From an uncultured Candidatus Saccharibacteria bacterium (GTDB taxonomy: Bacteria; Patescibacteriota; Minisyncoccia; Phycocordibacterales; UBA12079), in NCBI GenBank assembly GCA_964459145.1, contig CAYWKC010000001.1:40200-104199 (forward strand): 64,000 nt of DNA, given 5' to 3'. Numbering within the stretch: position 1 is the first letter of the stretch; every line of letters begins with the position of its first letter. This document shows positions 19,779-29,577 of this stretch, in pieces. Below the pieces are notes generated by a model, which was not told the DNA's origin, searched no databases, and saw only the letters and a program-made list of their open reading frames with translations. The translations under genes and the position numbers were made by a program.

Positions 19779-21223
19779 AATTATTCAATACTTTAGGTAG
19801 AAAAAAACAAGAATTTAAACCACTAAAAGATGGACAAGTTTCTTTTTATTATTGTGGTCCGACTGTTTATTCTCAACAACATATTGGAAATTTAAGGGGG
19901 GCGGTCTGCGCTGATAGTATTCGTCGTTCTTTAGAATATTTGGGTTATTCAGTTAATTTTGTTTCTAATTATACTGATGTGGGACATTTAACTTCGGATG
20001 AAGATGAGGGTGAAGATAAAATTGAACAAGGAGCTAAAAAAGAAGGTCTCTCCCCTGCTGATATTACTAACAAATATATTAAAATTTATGAAAAAGACAC
20101 CGAAAAATTGAATATTCTTCCTCCCACTACTCGTTGTCGAGCCACTGACTATATCAAACCAATGGAAGAAATGGTGGCAACTCTTTTAAAAAAAGGTTTT
20201 GCTTATCAAACTGAATTAGCTATTTATTTTGATGTTTCTAAAGCAAATAATTATACTCAACTATCAGGACAAAATTTAGAAGATTTAAAAACGGGAGCGG
20301 GAACGGGCGATGTAGTTGACCCACAGAAAAAAAATCAAAATGATTTTGTTCTTTGGTTTTTCAAAACAGGCGTTCATGCTAAGGCCTTGCAGACATGGGA
20401 GTCCCCGTGGGGTGAAGCCTGCCTGCCGGCAAGGCAGGGTTTTCCAGGGTGGCATATTGAATGTTCGGTTATGGCAAAGAAACATCTGGGAGAAACCCTT
20501 GATATTCACATGGGAGGAATTGAACATATCCCTATTCATCACACTAACGAAATAGCTCAAAGTGAGTCAGCGAATGGAGTAAAATATGTTAATTATTGGT
20601 TGCATAATGAACATTTGGGAATTGATAATACCAAAATGAGCAAGTCGTTAGGTAATGTTGTTTATGTAAATAACATTGAAGAAAAAGGTTTCCACCCTTT
20701 AGCTTTAAGATTTTTCTTCTTGCAAGCTCATTACCGTTCTAAACAAAATTTTACTTGGAAGGCTATGGAAGCAGCTAAAAATGGATTAACTCATCTTGAT
20801 AACCAAAGGGCTGATTTAGGTGATGAAGTAGGAAAAATTTCAAAAGAATTTAAACAAAAATTTATAGAAAAAATTAGTGATGATTTTAATTTACCACAAG
20901 CCTTGGCTATTGTTTCAGAGGTTCTTAAATCTGACTTATCAAAAGCAGACAAACTAGCGACTATTTTGGATTTTGATAAAGTTTTGGGGTTAAATTTAAA
21001 ACAAAAAAGGTTTAATTTGTTCACAAAAACAACAAAGTTTATTACAAAAGGATATGATGTAGAAATGACCCTTAACAATAAAATTTCTAATTTGTTAAAA
21101 GAAAGAGATGCTGCTCGGAAAAATAAAGATTGGGCTGAGTCTGATAGGATTAGAGATGAAATAGAATCTCAAGGTTATACTGTTAAAGACACTCCAGACG
21201 GAACTCAAATCTTTAATCCTTGA
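19769..21223 (+). CDS. cysS: Cysteine--tRNA ligase (7-aa palindrome-derived insertion)
   Basis: CGPTVY, HIGN, PGWHIECS, KMSKS, SDRIRDEI. Confidence 0.97.
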   Translation: MVLKLFNTLGRKKQEFKPLKDGQVSFYYCGPTVYSQQHIGNLRGAVCADSIRRSLEYLGYSVNFVSNYTDVGHLTSDEDEGEDKIEQGAKKEGLSPADITNKYIKIYEKDTEKLNILPPTTRCRATDYIKPMEEMVATLLKKGFAYQTELAIYFDVSKANNYTQLSGQNLEDLKTGAGTGDVVDPQKKNQNDFVLWFFKTGVHAKALQTWESPWGEACLPARQGFPGWHIECSVMAKKHLGETLDIHMGGIEHIPIHHTNEIAQSESANGVKYVNYWLHNEHLGIDNTKMSKSLGNVVYVNNIEEKGFHPLALRFFFLQAHYRSKQNFTWKAMEAAKNGLTHLDNQRADLGDEVGKISKEFKQKFIEKISDDFNLPQALAIVSEVLKSDLSKADKLATILDFDKVLGLNLKQKRFNLFTKTTKFITKGYDVEMTLNNKISNLLKERDAARKNKDWAESDRIRDEIESQGYTVKDTPDGTQIFNP

Positions 21224-21227
21224 AAAA

Positions 21228-21258
21228 TAAAAAACCTCTGATATATCAGAGGTTTTTT
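21228..21258. terminator. Bidirectional terminator
   Basis: aaaaaacctctga-tata-tcagaggtttttt between convergent genes. Confidence 0.8.
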
Positions 21259-21274
21259 ATTTTATAGGTTTTAT

Positions 21275-22972
21275 TTATTTTGTATAAGATAGACAAAAAC
21301 TGTCTTTGGAATTTGTTCCAATTCCTCGACACCACCATTGATAATGGTCTCCTCCTAGATTGCTAAAAGTTACAGCACTTGGCGTTCCAGAGTTACAAAG
21401 ATTGGTTGTGGGAGCAAAATCAACAGAAATCAAATTGGAAGAACCACAGGCCCCATCAGTTATACTTCCTAAAATATAAAAGAAATCATCGCTCAAATCT
21501 TGAATGGGCGAACCCTTGGTACTTAAGCCAATTTCTATTTTGAAAGTTCCTACTGTCGATAGAAAAACAAGACTATCTGGAATAGTCCATTGATAACTAC
21601 CATTGTTAGGAATTGAGCCAAAATCATAAACAGAATTGCCTTCTTCATCCAAAAGATTTATGAAAACATTTTTGCCTGAGAAATTAGTAGACTCCCATTT
21701 AATTTCGTAAGCGAAGCCTGCTTTCCAAGTTTCTCCTCCATTGGGTGATAAAATACTATGAGAAAATATTTCTGTTGAAAGACAAGCTCCCCCACGGCAA
21801 CCATTGGCACAAGAATAATTACTAACTCCAACCGCTAAGATATCTGTGTTGGAAGATTGACAAAAATATTCTTTAACAATAGCTTCTGTTGAACAATAAT
21901 CTTCCCAAATTTTTGTAGTAGGACCTTGAGCCAAAATTGTTCCGAAAGTTAAACCCTTAGTGAAAAAATCTTTTCCACCATCAGAATCAGAACAAGCGGT
22001 GGTTGTCTCTGACAAAATATCAAACAATTCACTTTTATCTTCAGAGGTTTTTAAATTAGTGGCGCTAAGTTGAAGCTGATAATTTGAAGCAACCATAACA
22101 TCAAATGGAATTGTCCATTCAAATTTGTTTTCGAAGCCATCCACTGTTCCAATATATCTAACGGTTGTTGGATCTAAATTACCTCCTATCAAATAAATTG
22201 AATAACTTTCCGCCTGGGGGTCATTATTTATCCAAGTAATATTGTAGGTCTGTCCTCGAATGAGTTGTTCATTGGCTTGAGGTGAAGTAACGGTGAAAGT
22301 GTTTGTTAAATTATTGTCATAAGCATAACAACTAACATTTTTCCCCCAGTTTAATCCTGTACAAATCCAAGTATAACGAATAATTCCTCCTGTTTGTTCT
22401 TCTGTGCTAACTGTGGAGGCCGTTCCTGTTGCGCAAAGATTTACTACTGGTTTGTAAGCAAAAGATTGCCCATGAGCAGAACCGCAAGAAGCATTAATTG
22501 TGGCTGATGATTGTGTTAAAGAATTTGTTTTTTCACAACCAGATAATTGGTTTAATTTTTTTCTTGTAGTAGCTCCTACATAACCAGAACCATAAGTAAG
22601 ACCCCAAGGAGCTAAAATTTCACTTTTGTATTTTTGTTGAAAACTAATTACTGCTGAAGAAGTATTTTCTCCAAAATAACCATCTTTGTCTTTTGAAATG
22701 CCAAAACCCTCTTTTTTTAAAACTTGTTGGAGAGCTTCTACTTCTTCCCCGCTATTTCCGTATTTTAAATTGGTATCAAAATCGTGGCACCATTCTTCTG
22801 AAGGAGTTTCTCCTGTTTGTTGAGCTATTTGTTGCTGTAGACTAGTAATTTGTGCCAACAGAGAATTTAACATCGCGGTTAACTCAGCAATGGTTGAGGC
22901 TGAAGATATATTAGGAAAAACCAATATTCCTAAAAATAGAATTGATAAGATAACTTCTTTTATTTTACTCAT
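21275..22972 (-). CDS. Secreted surface protein: peptidoglycan-binding domain, two Ser/Thr-rich Ig-like domains, Cys-rich repeats
   Basis: Signal peptide; LKYGNSGEEVEALQ...DGYFG...FQQKY; VTSPQANE and LSPNGGE domains; repeated CGS..NLC..GT.S; CSDSDGG. Confidence 0.8.
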   Translation of the reverse strand: MSKIKEVILSILFLGILVFPNISSASTIAELTAMLNSLLAQITSLQQQIAQQTGETPSEEWCHDFDTNLKYGNSGEEVEALQQVLKKEGFGISKDKDGYFGENTSSAVISFQQKYKSEILAPWGLTYGSGYVGATTRKKLNQLSGCEKTNSLTQSSATINASCGSAHGQSFAYKPVVNLCATGTASTVSTEEQTGGIIRYTWICTGLNWGKNVSCYAYDNNLTNTFTVTSPQANEQLIRGQTYNITWINNDPQAESYSIYLIGGNLDPTTVRYIGTVDGFENKFEWTIPFDVMVASNYQLQLSATNLKTSEDKSELFDILSETTTACSDSDGGKDFFTKGLTFGTILAQGPTTKIWEDYCSTEAIVKEYFCQSSNTDILAVGVSNYSCANGCRGGACLSTEIFSHSILSPNGGETWKAGFAYEIKWESTNFSGKNVFINLLDEEGNSVYDFGSIPNNGSYQWTIPDSLVFLSTVGTFKIEIGLSTKGSPIQDLSDDFFYILGSITDGACGSSNLISVDFAPTTNLCNSGTPSAVTFSNLGGDHYQWWCRGIGTNSKDSFCLSYTK

Positions 22973-23067
22973 TATAGTTTTTATTGGGGATTAATAAATT
23001 ACTTAATTACTCATTGTAAATAATAACATACATATATGTATAAAGTTATCCATATAGAATTTTAAAA

Positions 23068-23443
23068 TAAAAAAATCACCGATACCCGCTTATGCGTTGG
23101 AGTATCGGTGATTACTTAAAGCGGCCATGGCTTAGGTTGATCCGGCGAGGGATATTGATACCCCAGAGGATTCGTCCGTAAACCAAACCTGACCGAGGGA
23201 CAAAAGTAGGTTGAGAGAATCTTCCTCTCTCTGGCTTATCCGATGTTCGCAATCGCGTTGCGAAGGATAGGAGGCGCTCTGAATTTGAGAGCCCATCCAT
23301 GCGCCTGAGCCGTCTTTATCTTGGACAGGCGTCGGTGGGGATTATTTCTCCCCAGAATAATGGGCTGCACCGTTGTAGTTACGGCGGAAGGCGGCCTTAT
23401 CGCCAGCCATAAGCCCGTGTCCTCAAAACATTCTCTCAACCCA
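23068..23443 (-). ncRNA. Unassigned large structured non-coding RNA (~370 nt)
   Basis: TTGACA(23477-23472)-17-TATCAT(23454-23449); GC-rich nested helices; terminator hairpin 23073-23113 with U tract. Confidence 0.7.
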
Positions 23444-23500
23444 CCTGTATGATAAGACACAGTTTAATTATTGTCAAGCATTTTTATTTTCTTCCACACA

Positions 23501-23663
23501 GAAATAAGGGGGAAAAGCCAATTTTGAGGATTAAAATTTTTAACAAAAAAATTCCACTGTTTAACGACCTATTGGGAGGAGTTTGAAATTTTTAAGGAAT
23601 TGTTTTGTGGTGTTTCAACAAAAAATTTTTTACTGCTCAAAAATTAGCTTCTTTCCTTATTTC
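23501..23663. mobile_element. Second, inverted copy of the 3.7-kb MITE/REP-like element
   Basis: Reverse complement has aaactcctcccaataggtcgttaaacagtggaattttt versus aaactcctcccagtaggtcgtcaaacagtggaattttt near 3760. Confidence 0.65.
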
Positions 23664-23747
23664 TTTTACATTTATCCCCTCTCTATCCCCTCTTTTTTCC
23701 CTATTTTCCATCTTTTGAAATTTAACAATTATGATAAAATACAAAAT

Positions 23748-25148
23748 ATGGAAGTGATTAATAATAATCCTAATTTAAGAATTCCTCCTCAAAACATTGA
23801 TTCCGAAAAGGCCTTGTTGGGTTCTATTATGTTAAGACCAGAAGTCATCTATGATGTTTTAGATATTATTTCTGAAGATTGTTTCTATTCTGAAAAACAT
23901 CGCATTGTGTTCAAAGCAATGTTAGATTTATTTTCTAAAAAAGAACCGATTGATTTATTAACTTTATCTTCAATTCTGAAAGAACAAAAACAATTAGAAC
24001 AAATTGGTGGAACTACTTTTTTGACAGAATTAGTAGAAACAGTTCCCTCTTCAGCCAATGCTGAACACTACGCTAAAATTGTTCACAAAAAATATATGAT
24101 GCGACGATTGATTGGAGCGGGAGAAGAAATTTCCAATTTGGGTTATAACGAAACAGAAAATTTGGAGATAGCTTTAGACAAAGCGGAAAAAAGTATTTTT
24201 ACTGTAACGGGGTCTTTGATTTCCCGTTCTTTTATAAAAATAAAAGAGGCTTTAGGTGAAGCTTGGGAGAGATTGGATAGATTACATAAATCAGAAGGTA
24301 AATTAAGAGGAGTGCCAACTGGTTTTAAAGAATTAGATGATAAATTATCTGGTTTTCAAAATTCTGATTTAATTATTATCGCAGCTCGCCCTTCAATAGG
24401 AAAAACATCTTTGGCTCTTGATATTGCTAGAAAGGTGGCGATTAATTATAATTTGCCAGTCGCTATTTTTTCTTTAGAAATGAGTTCCCAACAATTAGTG
24501 GACAGAATGTTGGCGGCTGATTCTAATGTAGATGCTTGGAAATTAAGAACAGGACGGTTAACAAGAGATGAAGAATTCAATTCTATTAGGGAATCCCTGG
24601 ACCGTCTCTCTAAAGCCCCTATTTTTATAGATGACCAAGCTTCAAATAATATTTTGAATATGCGTTCGGTAGCCCGTAAGCTAAAAAGACAACATGGTTT
24701 GAAATTAATTATTGTTGATTATTTACAATTGATGGCACCGACTGAATCTAGAGGGTCTGATTCAATGGTACAACAGGTCACAGAAATTTCTCGCTCTCTT
24801 AAACATTTGGCTCGAGAATTAGATATACCAGTAATTGCTTTGTCCCAGTTAAGCCGAGCAGTAGAAAGTCGAGGGGGGCGTCCTCGATTGTCTGATTTGC
24901 GTGATTCTGGTTCTATTGAACAAGATGCTGATTTAGTAGCATTTATTCACAGAGAAAATAATGAAGATGGTTCGGGTAAATCATGTTTAGCCGAAATTTT
25001 GATAGAAAAACACAGAAATGGACCTACGGGAAAAGTAGAACTTAATTTTAATGAGAAGAAAGCTACCTTTCAGAGTGTAGAAAAAAATGATTTTAGTGAT
25101 TTTGCTATTAAAGAGGAAGAAGAAACTGAACAAAGCGATGATTTTTAA
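23748..25148 (+). CDS. dnaB: Replicative DNA helicase DnaB
   Basis: RIPPQN, AARPSIGKT, FSLEM, IVDYLQLM, SDLRDSGSIEQDAD; likely start 23748 (upstream extension is repeat DNA). Confidence 0.97.
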   Translation: MEVINNNPNLRIPPQNIDSEKALLGSIMLRPEVIYDVLDIISEDCFYSEKHRIVFKAMLDLFSKKEPIDLLTLSSILKEQKQLEQIGGTTFLTELVETVPSSANAEHYAKIVHKKYMMRRLIGAGEEISNLGYNETENLEIALDKAEKSIFTVTGSLISRSFIKIKEALGEAWERLDRLHKSEGKLRGVPTGFKELDDKLSGFQNSDLIIIAARPSIGKTSLALDIARKVAINYNLPVAIFSLEMSSQQLVDRMLAADSNVDAWKLRTGRLTRDEEFNSIRESLDRLSKAPIFIDDQASNNILNMRSVARKLKRQHGLKLIIVDYLQLMAPTESRGSDSMVQQVTEISRSLKHLARELDIPVIALSQLSRAVESRGGRPRLSDLRDSGSIEQDADLVAFIHRENNEDGSGKSCLAEILIEKHRNGPTGKVELNFNEKKATFQSVEKNDFSDFAIKEEEETEQSDDF

Positions 25149-25186
25149 ATTTATGGCTATGCGATAGCCATAAATTAATTATATAA

Positions 25187-25807
25187 ATGATGAATTCAAT
25201 TGATAAATTAGCTGAATATTTTTCTAAGTTTCCAGGAATTGGAGCGAGGCAGTCCAAAAGATTTGTTTATTTTTTATTGACAAGAAATAATGGCTTCTTA
25301 TATGAGCTGACTGATTTAATCAAACAATTAAAGAAAGATGTTAAGATATGTGAAAATTGTTCTTGTTTTTATTCTTTGGATGATCATTCCAATTTGTGTC
25401 GTATCTGTAAAAATCCGAATAGAGACCAATCTTTGTTAATGGTAGTGGCCAAAGACGCTGATTTAGAAAATATAGAGAGGATTGGAAATTATAATGGAAT
25501 ATATTTTGTGTTAGGGGGTTTGTTGCCTATTTTAGAAAAACAACCTGAACAAAGAATTAGATTAAAAAAGCTTCTAGAGCTTATCCAGAAAAAAATTAAA
25601 ACTAAAGAATTAAAAGAAATTATTTTAGCTTTAAGTTTAAACCCCGAAGGAGAAAATACTCTTGATTTTCTTTCTCAACAGATTAAATCGTTGATTAAAA
25701 AATACCCATTAAAAATAACAACCTTGGGAAGAGGGTTATCTACTGGCACAGAGTTGGAATATTTAGATAACAATACTTTTGAGAATGCTTTTAAAAACCG
25801 CACTTAA
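25187..25807 (+). CDS. recR: Recombination mediator RecR
   Basis: FPGIG HhH, C4 zinc finger, YFVLGG, NPEGENT toprim. Confidence 0.95.
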   Translation: MMNSIDKLAEYFSKFPGIGARQSKRFVYFLLTRNNGFLYELTDLIKQLKKDVKICENCSCFYSLDDHSNLCRICKNPNRDQSLLMVVAKDADLENIERIGNYNGIYFVLGGLLPILEKQPEQRIRLKKLLELIQKKIKTKELKEIILALSLNPEGENTLDFLSQQIKSLIKKYPLKITTLGRGLSTGTELEYLDNNTFENAFKNRT

Positions 25808-25853
25808 AAATAAGTTCATCTGAGCCTATTTTTAATTGCGGTTTTGAATTATG

Positions 25854-26600
25854 CTATTCATCTTCTAAAATAGAAAATGAATATTGAATAGTTTCCCTGA
25901 TTGAAGAAGATAGAGAACAGAAAGGAGCTGGTGCTGGACAAGATTGTGGACTAAGTCCAAACACAAAAACATAATTATTATTTTCTCCTAAATAAGTACC
26001 GAAAGGATACCCGTCTTTTTGATCTTTTCCCCACACAATTCGATAATCTCTTCGTCCTATAATATTACATTCATTATAAACTTCTTCTATTTTAGTATTT
26101 TCATAAAACCAATTTTTTTCATAAATATCAATGGAAGCAAAACTAGAGTTTTTGAAGTCTTTAAAAGAAAAATATACTGTGGCCTCTCTTCCTTTTTCGG
26201 TTTTCGCATATTTAAATACGCTACTTTCTACAATATCACCATAGGCTTTTTGATATCCAGTACTAAATTCATATTCTTCATTTCTATATTTTTCAAAAGA
26301 ATATGTGTCGCCCCATGATATTCTCATCAATATAAGACAGTCTTCTGACGGGTCTGTTTCTTTTGTGCAAGTGATTAGTTCTGAATTTTCAATTGTTTCC
26401 TCTGGTGTATTAACATCATCAACAGATGTTGAATTTTTTACACCTAAAAAATAAAGTCCTCCTATAGCAATTACTAAAACAATAGTAGTAATTAAAACGA
26501 CGTTTTTTACCCACTTTTTCTTTGAAATGACCACATTATTGTTTTTTGATACAGGTTCTTGATTTTCCGGGTTGGAAGGATTATTTAGATTGTTTTCCAT
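25854..26600 (-). CDS. Hypothetical membrane-anchored extracellular protein
   Basis: Single TM near N-terminus; YRNEEYEFS motif; paired cysteines. Confidence 0.65.
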   Translation of the reverse strand: MENNLNNPSNPENQEPVSKNNNVVISKKKWVKNVVLITTIVLVIAIGGLYFLGVKNSTSVDDVNTPEETIENSELITCTKETDPSEDCLILMRISWGDTYSFEKYRNEEYEFSTGYQKAYGDIVESSVFKYAKTEKGREATVYFSFKDFKNSSFASIDIYEKNWFYENTKIEEVYNECNIIGRRDYRIVWGKDQKDGYPFGTYLGENNNYVFVFGLSPQSCPAPAPFCSLSSSIRETIQYSFSILEDE

Positions 26601-26767
26601 ATTTTTTCTTGCTCGACCATTTTTGATGGTTTAGGATTGTTAATTAATATTAATTTGTATTTAAAATATAACTATTAACAATTATAGTATGAATAAACAA
26701 CTAAATCACTTTAAACTAGTGGATAAGGATTTTAATAAAAAAATTTAACACTGAGTGTTAAATTTTT

Positions 26768-27079
26768 TTAGATTTGAGTAATTTTGATTTGGGCGTAGGG
26801 TTGACGATGCCCCATTCTTTTCAGATAGTTACTTTTGGATTTGAATTGGCGGATTCTAATTTTTGGTCCCCTGCCCTCAGCTAAAAATTCAGCGGTCACT
26901 TTACCTGTCAAATAGGGAGTTCCAATTTTCGTGGTTTTTTCATCATCTAAAAGTAATACTTTATCAAGAGTGATTTTATCCCCAGCTTTATATTCGGCAG
27001 GAAATTTTTCAACCTTAAGAATGTCTCCTTCAGAGACCTTATATTGTTTTCCTCCTATTTCTACAACTGCAAATTTCAT
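26768..27079 (-). CDS. rplU: 50S ribosomal protein L21
   Basis: AVVEIGGKQYKV, IGTPY, GHRQPY. Confidence 0.97.
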   Translation of the reverse strand: MKFAVVEIGGKQYKVSEGDILKVEKFPAEYKAGDKITLDKVLLLDDEKTTKIGTPYLTGKVTAEFLAEGRGPKIRIRQFKSKSNYLKRMGHRQPYAQIKITQI

Positions 27080-27210
27080 GGTCTATATATTACATTATTT
27101 CTTGATAAAATCAAGAAAAAAGATTATGGAATGGGTAATTCTGTAAGAAATGGGGCGATTTGGGGTGGTTCAGCAGAAAAACATAAGATTTGTGGGCAAT
27201 TTGAGACCTA

Positions 27211-28176
27211 TTATTTTTTGTTTAGAAGTAAAAGAGTTAACCCGATTATTTTATCTTTGTCTTGTGATTTACTTTCCGCTACTAATAAAGTTAATGCTGT
27301 TAAAGCTTCAGGAGTTAAACTAATTCTAAGAAGACCTGTCTTTCTAAGAAACCACACAAAAGAAAAAGCTCCGCTTCTTTTGTTGCCGTCAGTAAATGGA
27401 TGATTTTTAACAATAAAATACAGAAGATGGGCAGCTTTTTCTTCGGTAGTCGGGTAAACATCTTTTTTACCAAAGGTCTGAAAAACATTACCAACAATTC
27501 CTCCAATCGCATCTTTATTTCTCTCTTGTCCAAATAATTCAGTGGTTTGTTTTTTAGTAAGCAAAGTTTTCTTTAGATCATGAAGAGCTTGATTTAATTC
27601 TTCTGCGGTAAAAATTATTTGTTTTTTAGTGATGCCTTTTTTGGGGAAACTTTCTTTATCATAAGCATCCAGAGAAAACCATGTGCTAGCAAACACGTTA
27701 ATCAACTCTAAGATGTTCTTGGTATCAACAATATTTCCAGCCGGTAATAAAGCTTTGATTTCTGAAACAGCTTGCAAGAATTTTTGATAATTAGCCCCGA
27801 CTCGCTGTTTATTAATGGTATAGCCATCAACTAAATGCTGTTTTAAAGTCTTGGTCGCCCAGATGCGGAAAGCGATTGCTTTTGAAGAATTCGTCCTATA
27901 ACCCACCGCTAAAATGATATCTAAAGAGTAAAATGTGACAGGCTTGTCTGAATTTGCAATATGCATTTTTTGCATATTGCTTTTTTCATCAATTTCGCCA
28001 TCTTTGAAAATGTTAGTAATATGACGAGAGACAACTGATTGGTCAATGCCAAAAATATTTATTATTTGTGCTTGTGTTGCCCAAATTGTTTCATTATCAA
28101 AATCACCACGCAGTTCAATGGCCCCGTTTTTGGCTTGGTAAATCATTAATTGTTTTTTTAATTCGGTCTTGGTCAT
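27211..28176 (-). CDS. RhuM-like domain fused to Fic/DOC domain
   Basis: ETIWATQ, YSLDIILAVGYR, FRIWAT (RhuM); HPFTDGNKRSG Fic motif; likely start MTKTELKK. Confidence 0.9.
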   Translation of the reverse strand: MTKTELKKQLMIYQAKNGAIELRGDFDNETIWATQAQIINIFGIDQSVVSRHITNIFKDGEIDEKSNMQKMHIANSDKPVTFYSLDIILAVGYRTNSSKAIAFRIWATKTLKQHLVDGYTINKQRVGANYQKFLQAVSEIKALLPAGNIVDTKNILELINVFASTWFSLDAYDKESFPKKGITKKQIIFTAEELNQALHDLKKTLLTKKQTTELFGQERNKDAIGGIVGNVFQTFGKKDVYPTTEEKAAHLLYFIVKNHPFTDGNKRSGAFSFVWFLRKTGLLRISLTPEALTALTLLVAESKSQDKDKIIGLTLLLLNKK

Positions 28177-28212
28177 CTTGGTGTTTGTATTATAACAGGT
28201 TTTTGGGGAAAA

Positions 28213-28539
28213 GTGTTCCAAGGTGATGTAATCAAGCACGGTCACGCTTACAAAGGAACTGTGGCAACAGAAAGTGGCGAAGAGGTTGGCTTCAAAATCA
28301 TCTTTGTCATTCCTCTCTCAAAACTCCTTGATGAAAGGTACGCCAGTTCAGATGTAGAGTTGACAGAGAAAAAAAGCCCTGCGGAGATTCGCCGCTTTCT
28401 CTATCTCGAGATACGCAGGAAGGGAAAAGAAGAAGAAATTTCAGATGTTGAATATCTTTCGTTTATGGAGATAATATGCCCTGAAATTTTCAAAAATTTC
28501 CGTCGGTATAGTTGGTTGCATAAAATGGTTAAGAGCTAG
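28213..28539 (+). CDS. Hypothetical protein, possibly 5'-truncated
   Basis: ORF without a clear RBS, followed by terminator-like hairpin cgctcaacg...cgttgagcg and T tract at ~28560-28620. Confidence 0.4.
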   Translation: MFQGDVIKHGHAYKGTVATESGEEVGFKIIFVIPLSKLLDERYASSDVELTEKKSPAEIRRFLYLEIRRKGKEEEISDVEYLSFMEIICPEIFKNFRRYSWLHKMVKS

Positions 28540-28750
28540 GCGGAACACCCCCCGGCACCCGCTCAACGAAAATCGCTTAACAGCTATTGTCGTTGAGCGG
28601 TTTTCTTTTTGTCTTTTTTTTGATGGATCGGCATAGAATTGGGCTGGTTTTATGCTGAGTGGTGGTTAAAAATAGGAAATTTGTGGATAACTTGAGATTT
28701 TAATTGAGATTGTTGGTATAATTTTCTGTGTATTAGTTAATAATAAAATT

Positions 28751-29515
28751 ATGGAAAAAGGATTTGGGTTGAGGGGTGTTTTAATAGTTATTGGAATTAT
28801 TGCCCTTGCGGGTGTTGGTTATTATTATGTCAAAAATGATACTTCTCTACCTGAAGAAAATACAATTGGTGATAAAAAAGACACTGGTAATTTGTCTATC
28901 GATGATTGTAAAGATTTGGAAAATTATAAACAAGAAGTGTGGTATCCGAATTTTAAGGTCAAAATTGAAAATTTAGATTTCTTTAGCCAGGCTGATGCCG
29001 AATGGCTTTTCGAAATGAATAAACACTCCTATAATTCACCTCAAGATATAATTGACCAAAGAGGAAAATACACAATCGAAAATGTCGGTCAAGTTTGTTA
29101 CTCAAATAGTGGTTATCTTTTCGCTATAATTCCAAGTGAATATGGAGGAGGAGGTTTTAAATTCATCCTTTACGATACAAAACTCGATACAATTAATATA
29201 GCAAAAAGAGAGGATATTGATGGGGGTAAAAATACACCTTGGTATTCATACAATAAGAATATGGTCGAACAAAGAAACGAAATTATAAAAACAGGTGCCC
29301 CTGAGCAAGTAAAAGAGATATATAAATGGTTTGGAACTCCTAGTAAATTCCAAGAAATAAACCAAGAAAACATAAAATTATCTGGAAGTACAGGAGACGC
29401 AGGGTGTGGCTCGAAAAGTTTTTATAATTATTCTCTAAAAGAGAATTATATTACTATTAAAGAAATTTGTTTTTCTTGCGAAGGAGATGAAGAAGCGACT
29501 TGTTATTCATTTTAA
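28751..29515 (+). CDS. Hypothetical exported protein with prepilin-like N-terminus
   Basis: MEKG-FGLRGVLIVIGIIAL; Cys-containing C-terminus; TATAAT upstream. Confidence 0.7.
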   Translation: MEKGFGLRGVLIVIGIIALAGVGYYYVKNDTSLPEENTIGDKKDTGNLSIDDCKDLENYKQEVWYPNFKVKIENLDFFSQADAEWLFEMNKHSYNSPQDIIDQRGKYTIENVGQVCYSNSGYLFAIIPSEYGGGGFKFILYDTKLDTINIAKREDIDGGKNTPWYSYNKNMVEQRNEIIKTGAPEQVKEIYKWFGTPSKFQEINQENIKLSGSTGDAGCGSKSFYNYSLKENYITIKEICFSCEGDEEATCYSF

Positions 29516-29577
29516 ATCGATCATAAATTGCTAAATATATTTTTTTAAAACAGCCCGTTGGGGCTGTTTTAATATTC

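Noticed and set aside
23112-23460. ORFs 23112-23300 and 23236-23460
   Set aside because: No RBS or recognisable domains; one starts inside the promoter; extensive pairing favours an ncRNA.
23583-23747. N-terminal extension of DnaB in the ORF track
   Set aside because: It translates repeat and promoter DNA; homology starts at MEVINNNPNLRIPPQ.
28682-28690. Perfect DnaA box (TGTGGATAA)
   Set aside because: Single isolated box with no cluster or dnaA nearby; not evidence of oriC.
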